This document shows, piece by piece, positions 54,942 to 63,761 of a stretch of DNA of 64,000 bases. The stretch lies in the IMG/VR virus record IMGVR_UViG_3300025723_000017, positions 64,001 through 128,000 of that record; one strand, 5' to 3'. Each line of letters begins with the position of its first letter. The stretch's first letter is position 1. This DNA comes from a virus. Its lineage: Duplodnaviria; Caudoviricetes. Under the pieces are notes generated by a model, which searched no databases, had not been told where the DNA came from, and saw only the letters and a program-made list of their open reading frames with translations. The position numbers and the translations under genes are program-made.

Positions 54942-55262
54942 TTGCTAAAAGAATACTACATGGGTTCTAACTCCTATTACATTATCCAACGACCAATGGA
55001 AGATTCTGAACTTGAATGGTATGATGATTCTTCTGTTTGTTATGTCGCTGGTCAGCCCTCTTACCTTGATTGGGTTATGGACCCACTGGACGCTCGGCGA
55101 TTTAAATCTATTACCGAGATTCGACGTTATATTACCAATGTATTGAAATTTAACCCACTTAGTGTGATTAACCTTAAGGCCTGGGAATTTCATCTAATCA
55201 CTATGATTCCTCCAACAGACATCTTCACTGGAGCGCACACTATGGGCTTGCTTAAAATATGA
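54942..55262 (+). CDS. Hypothetical protein (start uncertain; possible frameshift from MNERIRQLA at 54920)
   Basis: ORF track; upstream MNERI-type start in another frame. Confidence 0.5.
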   Translation: MLKEYYMGSNSYYIIQRPMEDSELEWYDDSSVCYVAGQPSYLDWVMDPLDARRFKSITEIRRYITNVLKFNPLSVINLKAWEFHLITMIPPTDIFTGAHTMGLLKI

Positions 55263-55483
55263 CCCACATCTCCATGTGGGATTCCCTTCGTCTGAACCGA
55301 AGCAGACAATATCATAATTTCATTCAGTATCTGCAGCGGCAACACGAACCGGCTCTTGTCACATTGGATTTCGTTATTGAAATACTTCGCCGAGATTGGC
55401 ACTGTCAATTACTGAAGGAAATGGGTTTATTTATTTTTGAAAACGACGCCGATGCCACAGTATTTTTACTGAAGTTTAGTTAA
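55259..55483 (+). CDS. FxL[RK]W/F family small protein
   Basis: Ends FIFENDADATVFLLKFS. Confidence 0.7.
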   Translation: MTHISMWDSLRLNRSRQYHNFIQYLQRQHEPALVTLDFVIEILRRDWHCQLLKEMGLFIFENDADATVFLLKFS

Positions 55484-55556
55484 TTGTCAATATTGACAAT
55501 TACATCAATTCAGCTTATAATAACTATAACTTAACAAAACCTATTAGAGGTCAATA

Positions 55557-55736
55557 ATGGATACAGAATTACGTGAGCAATTTTTACAATTTCTTCGCGA
55601 AGAGTTAACTATTGATGTTACTACCGAAAGTGTTTATAGTGGCGGTATGTTTGGTGATAGCATGTATAGTAAGGTTCGTACATTGAACATTATGCTTGGT
55701 AATGAGGTTATTTCGTCTATCTGCCTTGACAGTTAA
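55557..55736 (+). CDS. Hypothetical protein (59 aa)
   Basis: GAGG RBS, own promoter. Confidence 0.5.
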   Translation: MDTELREQFLQFLREELTIDVTTESVYSGGMFGDSMYSKVRTLNIMLGNEVISSICLDS

Positions 55737-55764
55737 TTAAATCCAGTATAAGGAATTATTAATC

Positions 55765-55971
55765 ATGCTACAACTAGTAGAATTTATCAAAACATTTTAT
55801 CGCGCTATAAAATATGGCTATTTTGAATGTGATTGGATAGGTAGAGACACCTGGCCCCAAAAATCTTATTTCGCCATTGATGCAACTTATTATGATGGTT
55901 ATTGGGCTTCAATTAATATTTACAAATTATATATTGGATGGGTGCCGCACCTGCCTGACTGTCAGAATTAA
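55765..55971 (+). CDS. Hypothetical protein
   Basis: AAGGA RBS; YYDGY. Confidence 0.5.
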   Translation: MLQLVEFIKTFYRAIKYGYFECDWIGRDTWPQKSYFAIDATYYDGYWASINIYKLYIGWVPHLPDCQN

Positions 55972-56019
55972 AAATTTGACAATTAATACACGTGTCTTTA
56001 TAATTAACTGTTAATTAAC

Positions 56020-56229
56020 ATGACTGCGCCTATCACTATTTCCTCTACTGTATTAACTCGTGCGGTGCGTAGTCTATTACATGAGGGTGAGCAGTTGCCT
56101 ATCCGGGAAGAAATTCTATATCAGGCTTTTGATATTGCAGCAATAATGGATGATTATAACTCTCACGGATTCACTGTATTATTCAAATCAGAATATGCAG
56201 CTACTATGTTTTTATTAAGGTTTTCGTGA
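56020..56229 (+). CDS. FxL[RK]W family
   Basis: FKSEYAATMFLLRFS. Confidence 0.7.
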   Translation: MTAPITISSTVLTRAVRSLLHEGEQLPIREEILYQAFDIAAIMDDYNSHGFTVLFKSEYAATMFLLRFS

Positions 56230-56230
56230 T

Positions 56231-56494
56231 ATGATAATCACTGTGCCAGATAAAGTGTTTCGGCGTGCTACTGCTTCTATCGGAGCGCATTACGAGTTTC
56301 CTACATTACGTACCACTGCTACTATTGGAACATCTGACCTGTATCCTGACTTCTTTAGCATTTACAATATTAAAAATTATAAGTTAATTCCACAAATTGA
56401 CGAATTTAACGATTCGGAACCCTTCATTGTGATGTGGCGTATTGAGTTTAAATCAGATGCCGACGCTGCTTACTTTTTACTGAAGTTTAGCTAA
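56231..56494 (+). CDS. FxL[RK]W family
   Basis: FKSDADAAYFLLKFS. Confidence 0.7.
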   Translation: MIITVPDKVFRRATASIGAHYEFPTLRTTATIGTSDLYPDFFSIYNIKNYKLIPQIDEFNDSEPFIVMWRIEFKSDADAAYFLLKFS

Positions 56495-56495
56495 C

Positions 56496-56759
56496 ATGGC
56501 TAACATGACATCAGAACATCTAGCTGAACTGGCAGAAGAAATTAATCTAACAATAGATTGGGAAATTCTTTGCACATTAGACCCGACTAGAAAAAATTGG
56601 ATAAGGATAAAATTTGCTTCCCAAACCAAATCGATAGACAGAGGTGCGATTGATACTTGGTGCCAACAGACGTTTGTTGGTGGCTATTATATAATTAGAG
56701 ATCATATATATATTTCCAGAGAAGAAGATGTTGTAATGTTTAAACTGAAGTGGGCGTGA
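56496..56759 (+). CDS. FxL[RK]W family
   Basis: ISREEDVVMFKLKWA. Confidence 0.75.
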   Translation: MANMTSEHLAELAEEINLTIDWEILCTLDPTRKNWIRIKFASQTKSIDRGAIDTWCQQTFVGGYYIIRDHIYISREEDVVMFKLKWA

Positions 56760-56763
56760 TAAA

Positions 56764-57108
56764 ATGAATAGTCACCAAAGAAGAATTGCAAAGCGTAAGA
56801 GCATGCAGGATCGGCGTAAAAGGATAGATATACTATTTGAAAAGATCGTCCCGTTCTACTACGCTTCTGTTTCGCCGGTATACACCATTACTCTTAATAT
56901 TCGTTTTCCTAATTTCACTATTGTAGACCATGCAATGTATGATTATGTACCCGACAACTATTGCATAGTGCAGGTACTGTCAAAGGTTGCTGATTGGATA
57001 GAACAGCAGGATATTACACTTTGGAAACCTGATGATTCCAACAACCATCTTCAGAGATATATTATATCCAATGAGTTATATTCATTGATGGCATTAAGGT
57101 GGTCATGA
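56764..57108 (+). CDS. FxL[RK]W family variant
   Basis: ISNELYSLMALRWS. Confidence 0.65.
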   Translation: MNSHQRRIAKRKSMQDRRKRIDILFEKIVPFYYASVSPVYTITLNIRFPNFTIVDHAMYDYVPDNYCIVQVLSKVADWIEQQDITLWKPDDSNNHLQRYIISNELYSLMALRWS

Positions 57109-57356
57109 TGGTCACTGATAACCAACGTAGATTAACTCATCAGGTTGTAATAGCTCCTGCACCTTATGCTAAAATACAACAAATATGCACATGGTGTCAA
57201 AATCAATTTGGAAAGAGTTTTGGTATTATTGATAGTGACATTGATGGGACGTGGAGAGGTGTATATCATGAGATATCATCTGGTGTACCAATTTCATATA
57301 AATTCTTATTCGATCACGAAGATGATGCTGTACTTTTTGCGTTGAAATGGTGTTAG
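57105..57356 (+). CDS. FxL[RK]W family
   Basis: FDHEDDAVLFALKWC. Confidence 0.75.
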   Translation: MMVTDNQRRLTHQVVIAPAPYAKIQQICTWCQNQFGKSFGIIDSDIDGTWRGVYHEISSGVPISYKFLFDHEDDAVLFALKWC

Positions 57357-57357
57357 T

Positions 57358-57603
57358 ATGTCTTATTATACAGATAATTTAACAAAACACAATACAGAAT
57401 ATACCGCACGCGGCGAAGGTATTCGATATCGTACTCGCTCAATGTTTATGGGTCAGGTTTACAAATGGTTAAACGAACACAATATTGAATATACATGGGT
57501 AGGCCACCAGACTAGTGAGAGAGGCAGTATTACAACTTATTACCTCACTGTGAGTATACTTAATGAGCATGACGCCATGCTGTTTATGTTAGCATGGAAA
57601 TAG
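57358..57603 (+). CDS. FxL[RK]W family
   Basis: ILNEHDAMLFMLAWK. Confidence 0.7.
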   Translation: MSYYTDNLTKHNTEYTARGEGIRYRTRSMFMGQVYKWLNEHNIEYTWVGHQTSERGSITTYYLTVSILNEHDAMLFMLAWK

Positions 57604-57604
57604 A

Positions 57605-57838
57605 ATGAAGAATTTGGGATTTAATTATAAAATATCCGCAGAGGTGGGCAATTACCACCAACTCGATAATATGTTTACATGGTGTAATGAAACATTCGGC
57701 CCTAGATATGGTTCATTTAGTAACAACCAAGGCAGGTGGGCTTGTTTGTGGCAACAATACCAAAAGACACATGGATATTTCTGGTACTTTAGACAGGAAG
57801 AAGATGCTGCATTTTTTACACTGAGGTGGATAAAATGA
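57605..57838 (+). CDS. FxL[RK]W family
   Basis: FRQEEDAAFFTLRWIK. Confidence 0.75.
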   Translation: MKNLGFNYKISAEVGNYHQLDNMFTWCNETFGPRYGSFSNNQGRWACLWQQYQKTHGYFWYFRQEEDAAFFTLRWIK

Positions 57839-58020
57839 AAAATGATAATTTTATGGTTAGTAAACCGGGGGAAATTTATATTAGGGTGCCTACAATAACC
57901 AAGGAAATACTCATGTGGCTTGACAATTATGAAGGAGATGGTACATATTCACGAGGATGGTATGGTATATATTTTACTAGAGAAGAAGATGCTGTCATGT
58001 TTAGCCTGAGGTGGATATGA
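57835..58020 (+). CDS. FxL[RK]W family
   Basis: FTREEDAVMFSLRWI; close paralogue of 60503. Confidence 0.75.
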   Translation: MKNDNFMVSKPGEIYIRVPTITKEILMWLDNYEGDGTYSRGWYGIYFTREEDAVMFSLRWI

Positions 58021-58250
58021 GTCAATATAGTCAAGATTCTTTATCACGACGTACATATCACGATAATTGGATTCTGATCCAGTTACCTCGTCTACTTTCG
58101 CTTGACTGTATTGTATGGTGTTATGAGAAATTTGGTGAAGAACGAATATTACGTGGGACTTGTACGGGTAAGTGGCTTCATCGTGGCGCAGGTAACATTG
58201 AATTTGAGCGTGAGGAAGACGCTGTATTATTTACCCTGAGGTGGCTATAA
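58017..58250 (+). CDS. FxL[RK]W family
   Basis: FEREEDAVLFTLRWL. Confidence 0.75.
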   Translation: MSQYSQDSLSRRTYHDNWILIQLPRLLSLDCIVWCYEKFGEERILRGTCTGKWLHRGAGNIEFEREEDAVLFTLRWL

Positions 58251-58489
58251 TGTACTATGTCAAGAAATCTAGAATCCGTCTACAGATATCACGATTATAT
58301 CAAAATTGGACAAACATACTTGGTCCTTCCTGGTTCTTTTATACGTTTGAAGAAAGGTATCAACAGTTTGATGTGTGGATGGAGAGAGAACATGGTATAA
58401 TAACAATTCGTTCGAATAATAAAAGCCAAACAAAACTTGGATTTAAGAGCCAAGGTGACTTTTTAATGTTTATGCTACGCTGGAGTTAA
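58250..58489 (+). CDS. FxL[RK]W family
   Basis: FKSQGDFLMFMLRWS. Confidence 0.75.
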   Translation: MYYVKKSRIRLQISRLYQNWTNILGPSWFFYTFEERYQQFDVWMEREHGIITIRSNNKSQTKLGFKSQGDFLMFMLRWS

Positions 58490-58554
58490 AATACCACTTA
58501 CTATAGAGTTAACTTTTTGTTGACATTTAATTCATTCTTAATTAAAATTGATAT

Positions 58555-58908
58555 ATGTATACCGAAAACCTATTGATTGATTTTCACAACCTAACGAGTG
58601 TTAATCTCCCTCAACACACTTGCATATCTCTACAGCAATATCTGCTAAAGGGATGGGATCCAGGTGGATTCCTCAGTGCAGTTCTTATGAATGATATGAT
58701 GTTGGCTGTGACTCGCGCAGATCCGGTTAACCGCAAGTTTTTATGGGATATCGGACGTTGGGTCTACACTCAAGCGCCACCTGGCAGCTGGGGCAGTAGA
58801 GAAATGGTACTGAATTGGATGAATGATCTAGGCGGTCATAGAAGTAAGTACGCAAACACTATAGAACATGAACACTTAATCCATGTGTTAAAGAGGCCTG
58901 AGCCATGA
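58555..58908 (+). CDS. Conserved hypothetical phage protein, unrelated to the array
   Basis: PGGFLSAVLMND...RAD...PPGSWGS; own promoter at about 58520. Confidence 0.65.
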   Translation: MYTENLLIDFHNLTSVNLPQHTCISLQQYLLKGWDPGGFLSAVLMNDMMLAVTRADPVNRKFLWDIGRWVYTQAPPGSWGSREMVLNWMNDLGGHRSKYANTIEHEHLIHVLKRPEP

Positions 58909-59153
58909 AAAAAACTTCTACGTTACCTCGTAACGGACAGTATGAAATCTTTAGTAATGCAGGAAGAACCTATTGTTTTGATGATCCTGGATTTAAATGG
59001 ATGTACACACCTGAGGGTATGTTTGATTGGATCAGAGCACAAGATCCAGCATTATGGACAGACATGACCCAACTGCATGGATGGCGTGATGATAATTCGG
59101 CTTTTTATCTACAACCTAAACTTTATCTATTGTGGAAATTGAGATGGGTATGA
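58905..59153 (+). CDS. FxL[RK]W family variant
   Basis: LQPKLYLLWKLRWV. Confidence 0.65.
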   Translation: MKKTSTLPRNGQYEIFSNAGRTYCFDDPGFKWMYTPEGMFDWIRAQDPALWTDMTQLHGWRDDNSAFYLQPKLYLLWKLRWV

Positions 59154-59413
59154 TTTCTGTGCCTGTGGGTACTTATAACTATCATTATCCTACTTCTGGT
59201 GTAATTGTTGTAATTGCTGAGATTCCGCAAGCGTTTCAACATGCGCATCATGCTATAATAGCCAAACGCGGTATTCCTACGACTGGTCAATGGTTGAAAA
59301 CAATGAAGCAGTTGTGGTGGGAAGAATATGGCGTTACTGTTATCAAAGACTGGTTTGCACTTGAGTTTGCAACTGAACAAGAATTGACTATGTTTTTGTT
59401 GAGGTGGTCATGA
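59150..59413 (+). CDS. FxL[RK]W family
   Basis: FATEQELTMFLLRWS. Confidence 0.75.
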   Translation: MISVPVGTYNYHYPTSGVIVVIAEIPQAFQHAHHAIIAKRGIPTTGQWLKTMKQLWWEEYGVTVIKDWFALEFATEQELTMFLLRWS

Positions 59414-59616
59414 AGATTCGAATTCCAGTTGAAGGCAAGTGTTTTGACAAAATTATTCAATCATGTGTTGAATCGACATCTACTACTTTGGATATATGGG
59501 ATTTTATAGAGAACCAGACAGGGGCTCGACGTAAATGGAGTTGGTGGCATCAACAAAATTACTTGGTATTTACATCAGAGAAAGATTATGTCATGTTTTT
59601 GTTGAGGTGGTCATGA
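59410..59616 (+). CDS. FxL[RK]W family
   Basis: FTSEKDYVMFLLRWS. Confidence 0.75.
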   Translation: MKIRIPVEGKCFDKIIQSCVESTSTTLDIWDFIENQTGARRKWSWWHQQNYLVFTSEKDYVMFLLRWS

Positions 59617-59858
59617 GAATTTATACTAAAGTGATAGTACCTAGACATTATAATCGAACGGAACATTCTACCATGCGAAACTGGTGTAAGGAAAACTTCG
59701 GCGTTAGCAACAGTAAGAAAGATAAGGATCTTGGTTACCAAAATCCTTGGTATGCTCGTAGCGACTGGTATCTGATTAACAGACAATATGAGCGGGCGTC
59801 ATGCTTTTGTTTTCGCAATCCTGCGCATGCCACATTATTTGCCCTGAGGTGGTCATGA
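59613..59858 (+). CDS. FxL[RK]W family
   Basis: FRNPAHATLFALRWS. Confidence 0.75.
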   Translation: MRIYTKVIVPRHYNRTEHSTMRNWCKENFGVSNSKKDKDLGYQNPWYARSDWYLINRQYERASCFCFRNPAHATLFALRWS

Positions 59859-60049
59859 AATTTTACACAGTAAAGATGCCAGAGGCGTATGCCAGAATAC
59901 AATGGTGTAGAAAGACCTTTGGACCACCATTTCAAAATTTACCAAGGGAACAACGCCAGTGGAGTAATATACGTTGGTATCGTTGTTATGGCTCTCTTTG
60001 TTTTCGTGAAGAATCAGATTATCTGTTATATTTGTTAAGGTGGGCATAA
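59855..60049 (+). CDS. FxL[RK]W family
   Basis: FREESDYLLYLLRWA. Confidence 0.75.
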   Translation: MKFYTVKMPEAYARIQWCRKTFGPPFQNLPREQRQWSNIRWYRCYGSLCFREESDYLLYLLRWA

Positions 60050-60255
60050 TGACTGAATGGCATGCGGTAATGTATAACTTTCCATCATATGATACCCTAA
60101 CCAGAATTGAATACGCAAGGAATATGCAAACATGGTTTAAGGAAAACAATATTGAAGATTGGCATACTCTACGCGATGAAGACGATAATATGATGATCGG
60201 ATATGCCTTTAAACATGAGCGTGATGCTATAATGTTTTCATTGAGGTGGTTATGA
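60049..60255 (+). CDS. FxL[RK]W family
   Basis: FKHERDAIMFSLRWL. Confidence 0.75.
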   Translation: MTEWHAVMYNFPSYDTLTRIEYARNMQTWFKENNIEDWHTLRDEDDNMMIGYAFKHERDAIMFSLRWL

Positions 60256-60506
60256 TGGCGCGTGTCGAACAATCTAGATTAGAATATCCTGTGGTAATAA
60301 AAGTCATATCTTCAGATGAGCTTAACGAAATCGCAACCTGGTGTCATGAACAGTTTGGCCTGAAGGTTACTGTCGATATTCATGCCAATTATATCTTTGA
60401 CAGAACATGGCGATTAAGTAGCAACTCTAATTATTTCTCCGGATACTCATTCTCATTTGATCGAGAGCAGGATGCTATTTTATTTGCACTGAAGTGGGTG
60501 AAATGA
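60252..60506 (+). CDS. FxL[RK]W family
   Basis: FDREQDAILFALKWVK; resembles 57105. Confidence 0.75.
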   Translation: MMARVEQSRLEYPVVIKVISSDELNEIATWCHEQFGLKVTVDIHANYIFDRTWRLSSNSNYFSGYSFSFDREQDAILFALKWVK

Positions 60507-60691
60507 AAAATAATGATTTTGTAATTGGTAAACCGGGAGCAATTTATGTTAGGTCGGGCTCGTTAATAACTAACGAAATAATTGCATGGCTCGATGCCTA
60601 TGAAGGGAAAGGAGTGTATTCGCGAGCTTTGCATGGTATATATTTTTCTAGAGAAGAAGATGCTGTCATGTTTAAACTGAGGTGGGCGTAG
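60503..60691 (+). CDS. FxL[RK]W family
   Basis: FSREEDAVMFKLRWA. Confidence 0.75.
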   Translation: MKNNDFVIGKPGAIYVRSGSLITNEIIAWLDAYEGKGVYSRALHGIYFSREEDAVMFKLRWA

Positions 60692-60692
60692 T

Positions 60693-60917
60693 GTGAGAAT
60701 ATTATTATTTAAACCTACTAACGTTAATCCCACGTGGTGGTATAATTTCCTAGATGCGCACCCAGGGTATACAAATACTGTTGAGCAAATAAATCTAGTT
60801 TTATCGCCATTTAATTGTAGATTTTCTGTGAATAATACAAAGAAGGGGTATGGAGCTAGGTATTTACATTTCAAAACAAAAAGTGATTATCTTATGTTTA
60901 TACTGAGGTGGTCATAA
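60693..60917 (+). CDS. FxL[RK]W family
   Basis: FKTKSDYLMFILRWS. Confidence 0.75.
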   Translation: MRILLFKPTNVNPTWWYNFLDAHPGYTNTVEQINLVLSPFNCRFSVNNTKKGYGARYLHFKTKSDYLMFILRWS

Positions 60918-61123
60918 TGCATAAGCTCAAGACAGCAGCAGGCCTATGGACTATACTTCAGACACAACCCAATAGTAACATTCGTGAAATTAACCAATGG
61001 GCTCGAGATACTTTTGGTTCATCTGAAGTAGCATGGCCGCCACGTTGGATGTACTTATCTGGTGATAACTACGGATTTCTGTTTGAAGAAGATGCTATGC
61101 TTTTTAGCTTGAGGTGGCTATGA
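60917..61123 (+). CDS. FxL[RK]W family
   Basis: FLFEEDAMLFSLRWL. Confidence 0.75.
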   Translation: MHKLKTAAGLWTILQTQPNSNIREINQWARDTFGSSEVAWPPRWMYLSGDNYGFLFEEDAMLFSLRWL

Positions 61124-61353
61124 GTTTACCAGAGCGAGATCGTTGGCCCCACGTGCTACGTTTGCCTGATTATCGCCGATACATCACAGATGCGTTAGAG
61201 GCGAAGGACCCTAGGGTAATATGGTGCCGTGAGAATTTAAAATCCAATCAATGGCGTTATGATGGGTGGCATCCCATAAATTTTCGATTCAAGAATCGTG
61301 CAGATGCTGTTATGTTTTCCTTGAGGTGGATATGCATAAACCCATTGTATTAA
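61120..61353 (+). CDS. FxL[RK]W family with read-through tail
   Basis: FKNRADAVMFSLRWI-CINPLY. Confidence 0.75.
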   Translation: MSLPERDRWPHVLRLPDYRRYITDALEAKDPRVIWCRENLKSNQWRYDGWHPINFRFKNRADAVMFSLRWICINPLY

Positions 61354-61577
61354 CCCCAGAAGTAACCACTCGAATTTGGAAAAATTGGCTGATCAAGGTA
61401 GAAGGTGAGACTGGCCGAATCCCTCATAGTATGCGCTATAGTTACGACGCTCCTCATCACGATCGGTTTCAATCCTGGTTATGGAATCAAGGTGCGGTAC
61501 TTCGAAAAATCAATAAAAACTATCATATTGAAGCATATGATTCCGATGCAACTATGATTTCTTTGAAGTGGGGATAG
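61332..61577 (+). CDS. FxL[RK]W family
   Basis: AYDSDATMISLKWG. Confidence 0.7.
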   Translation: MHKPIVLTPEVTTRIWKNWLIKVEGETGRIPHSMRYSYDAPHHDRFQSWLWNQGAVLRKINKNYHIEAYDSDATMISLKWG

Positions 61578-61631
61578 ACAATTGATTAATTTTCGTTTAT
61601 AATCACAATAATGTAATCAATTGAGATCAGC

Positions 61632-61820
61632 ATGGCTATAAGACATTTTCCATATAAAGTTGCAGTCAGCGGGTCATACCAACGACAGGATATACATGAA
61701 TGGTGCGATAAAAATATCGGCGAATATGGTATCATGTGGGGACGTATGGTCATGTCCAACAAACCCTACCGATTCCGGTTTAAGCGTGATGCGGTGCTGT
61801 TTACTCTGAGGTGGGCATAA
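61632..61820 (+). CDS. FxL[RK]W family
   Basis: FRFKRDAVLFTLRWA. Confidence 0.75.
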   Translation: MAIRHFPYKVAVSGSYQRQDIHEWCDKNIGEYGIMWGRMVMSNKPYRFRFKRDAVLFTLRWA

Positions 61821-62053
61821 TGTATGTCGCATTTTCAGGGCTGAGGCATGTACATGAAACTCCATCATGGTTTCAAAACTTTCTCGTGGAATTAACAAAA
61901 AAGACAAATTCCTCCCGACTTTCTGTTAAAACTCTAGGCGAAGAATTGGCATTATATGGAGCAGTTTATAGAGTTCCTAACATTAACATCGGGGCCTCCT
62001 TGGAATTCACTACAGAGCAGGATTATCTTATGTTTGTATTGAGGTGGTCGTGA
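61820..62053 (+). CDS. FxL[RK]W family
   Basis: FTTEQDYLMFVLRWS. Confidence 0.75.
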   Translation: MYVAFSGLRHVHETPSWFQNFLVELTKKTNSSRLSVKTLGEELALYGAVYRVPNINIGASLEFTTEQDYLMFVLRWS

Positions 62054-62226
62054 TAACCAGAATCTATATTCCCGGCATGGTGTCAGCGGAGATGAATACT
62101 ATATTTAAATGGTGTCTAGATCATTTCGGTGAATATCGTGATCAATGGAATTACAATATTATGACTGGTGTCTGGGAGTTTAGAAAATCCAGTGATGCTA
62201 TGCTTTTTAAATTGAGGTGGGCATGA
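62050..62226 (+). CDS. FxL[RK]W family
   Basis: FRKSSDAMLFKLRWA; GTG start. Confidence 0.7.
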   Translation: MITRIYIPGMVSAEMNTIFKWCLDHFGEYRDQWNYNIMTGVWEFRKSSDAMLFKLRWA

Positions 62227-62411
62227 AGATTATATTGTATATGAATCACAGAGACGACGCAATATTGCAATGGATTATAGACAATAATATTCGGCATACA
62301 GTATTAGAAATAAACGTGCATTATCGTTCCTTTGAACTGGTGCCTACAGTAATTGAAATTCCAGACGACTCTGTGGATTTAGATCTTTATTTGTTGAGGT
62401 GGTCACAATGA
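62223..62411 (+). CDS. FxL[RK]W family variant
   Basis: IPDDSVDLDLYLLRWSQ. Confidence 0.7.
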   Translation: MKIILYMNHRDDAILQWIIDNNIRHTVLEINVHYRSFELVPTVIEIPDDSVDLDLYLLRWSQ

Positions 62412-62641
62412 ACGCAAAACAGCGACGAATTTGGAGAAGAGGGTTTGATCATAAGGTAATACTTGAGTATAAGGTAATATTTGATTCTGATATTACCTAT
62501 TGGAGTGAGTATGAAGCAAGAGCATGGTGTCGTGAAATTTTCGGAGAAGATTTTAAAGATTGGGGACACATACATGGAGAAGGCATTTTTTATTTTCGTA
62601 AACCAGAACATGCAACTTTATTCAGGTTGAAATGGACATAA
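62408..62641 (+). CDS. FxL[RK]W family
   Basis: FRKPEHATLFRLKWT. Confidence 0.75.
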   Translation: MNAKQRRIWRRGFDHKVILEYKVIFDSDITYWSEYEARAWCREIFGEDFKDWGHIHGEGIFYFRKPEHATLFRLKWT

Positions 62642-62883
62642 CAACTCAGTATACTAAAGATGGCTATTGGGTTGTTGTTCCCCCACTTGTAACTCCTTCG
62701 TGGTATGTTCGACTATTTGATGAGGCGATTAAACAAGCCCGGCAAAAAAGGTCAAGTGCGCATTACATGCTTGCACAACTGTTGAGTCAGTATAATGCCC
62801 ACTATTGTTTTAGCAATGATGGGTTTAGGATTAGATTTGATCACGAACAGGATTATATAATGATGTTATTAAAATGGAGTTGA
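62632..62883 (+). CDS. FxL[RK]W family
   Basis: FDHEQDYIMMLLKWS. Confidence 0.7.
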   Translation: MDITTQYTKDGYWVVVPPLVTPSWYVRLFDEAIKQARQKRSSAHYMLAQLLSQYNAHYCFSNDGFRIRFDHEQDYIMMLLKWS

Positions 62884-62892
62884 TGATTATTT

Positions 62893-63126
62893 GTGAAATA
62901 TACTAATTTCTATAAAGGATGGCATTATATTCAAATGTCCAGTGACATGGATGTAGTGAAATGGGGAGACTGTTATCAATGGTGTAGTGAGATATTTGGA
63001 TTCGAACATCACACAAATTCTAGATGGGCTTATGTTGGAAACGGAGCATTTTATTTTGCCGACGAACATGATTTTCTATTAGTAACATTAAAATTTCCAC
63101 ATTCCTACATAATAAATAAAGTATGA
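62893..63126 (+). CDS. FxL[RK]W family
   Basis: WCSEIFG...RW...FADEHDFLLVTLKF. Confidence 0.7.
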   Translation: MKYTNFYKGWHYIQMSSDMDVVKWGDCYQWCSEIFGFEHHTNSRWAYVGNGAFYFADEHDFLLVTLKFPHSYIINKV

Positions 63127-63704
63127 AGATAATTTATATACACGGAGCAAACGCCACTAGTGAAAGTTTTACTAGGATTAGAGAACACATCAAACAAGAC
63201 GACTTGGTTATTGATTATGATAGTCGTAATGGATTTGACTATAATCTCGATCAAATGGTTGATACATTACGAGATTTTGACAATTTGTTCTTTGTAGGAC
63301 ACAGCTTGGGCGGAATTTACGCATTATATCTAGCGGCTAAATTTTATTCTCACAAAACCCTAGGTGGGATAACACTCAGTACTCCCTACGGAGGATGTCA
63401 ACAGGCTGACTATGCCAAATATTTTGTACCCTGGAATAGATTAATGCGTGATATTGGAATAATTAGTCCAGTTATGCAGGGTGTTAAAGATTTGGTATTG
63501 CCCTCAATTTGGGCTAATATTGTTACAACATCAGGAACCAGTCCTTGGATATTAGAACCAAACGATGGTGTCGTTACACATGCCAGTATGCGGGCTCGTG
63601 CTGACATGGAATTAATTGAATTGCCATTAAATCATTACGAAGTAGTTATCAGTAATCGCACTATTACAACAATACAACATCAAATTGATTTGACAAATCG
63701 TTAA
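63123..63704 (+). CDS. Alpha/beta hydrolase (lipase/esterase-like)
   Basis: YIHGA oxyanion region, GHSLGG nucleophile elbow, STPYGG, NDGVV, NHYE. Confidence 0.85.
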   Translation: MKIIYIHGANATSESFTRIREHIKQDDLVIDYDSRNGFDYNLDQMVDTLRDFDNLFFVGHSLGGIYALYLAAKFYSHKTLGGITLSTPYGGCQQADYAKYFVPWNRLMRDIGIISPVMQGVKDLVLPSIWANIVTTSGTSPWILEPNDGVVTHASMRARADMELIELPLNHYEVVISNRTITTIQHQIDLTNR

Positions 63705-63761
63705 TTTATTGCTATCATAGCAATATATGATAACTCAATATCTTTTACATATTAGCAACGC

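Larger units (their letters stand above)
56020..63126 (+). repeat. Tandem array of FxL[RK]W family genes with conserved TGAGGTGG-NN-[A/G]TGA junctions
   Basis: 27 family genes plus one unrelated gene (58555); most are joined by ATGA/TAATG overlaps. Confidence 0.9.

Noticed and set aside
57099-62411. Upstream GTG/ATG starts given by the ORF track (MVM..., MGI..., MDK...)
   Set aside because: These GTGs are part of the GAGGTGG Shine-Dalgarno; the true starts are the ATGs overlapping the previous stop.
56020-63126. Diversity-generating retroelement or classical integron
   Set aside because: No reverse transcriptase, no TR/VR pair differing only at adenines, no integrase and no attC-like palindromes; the genes overlap directly.
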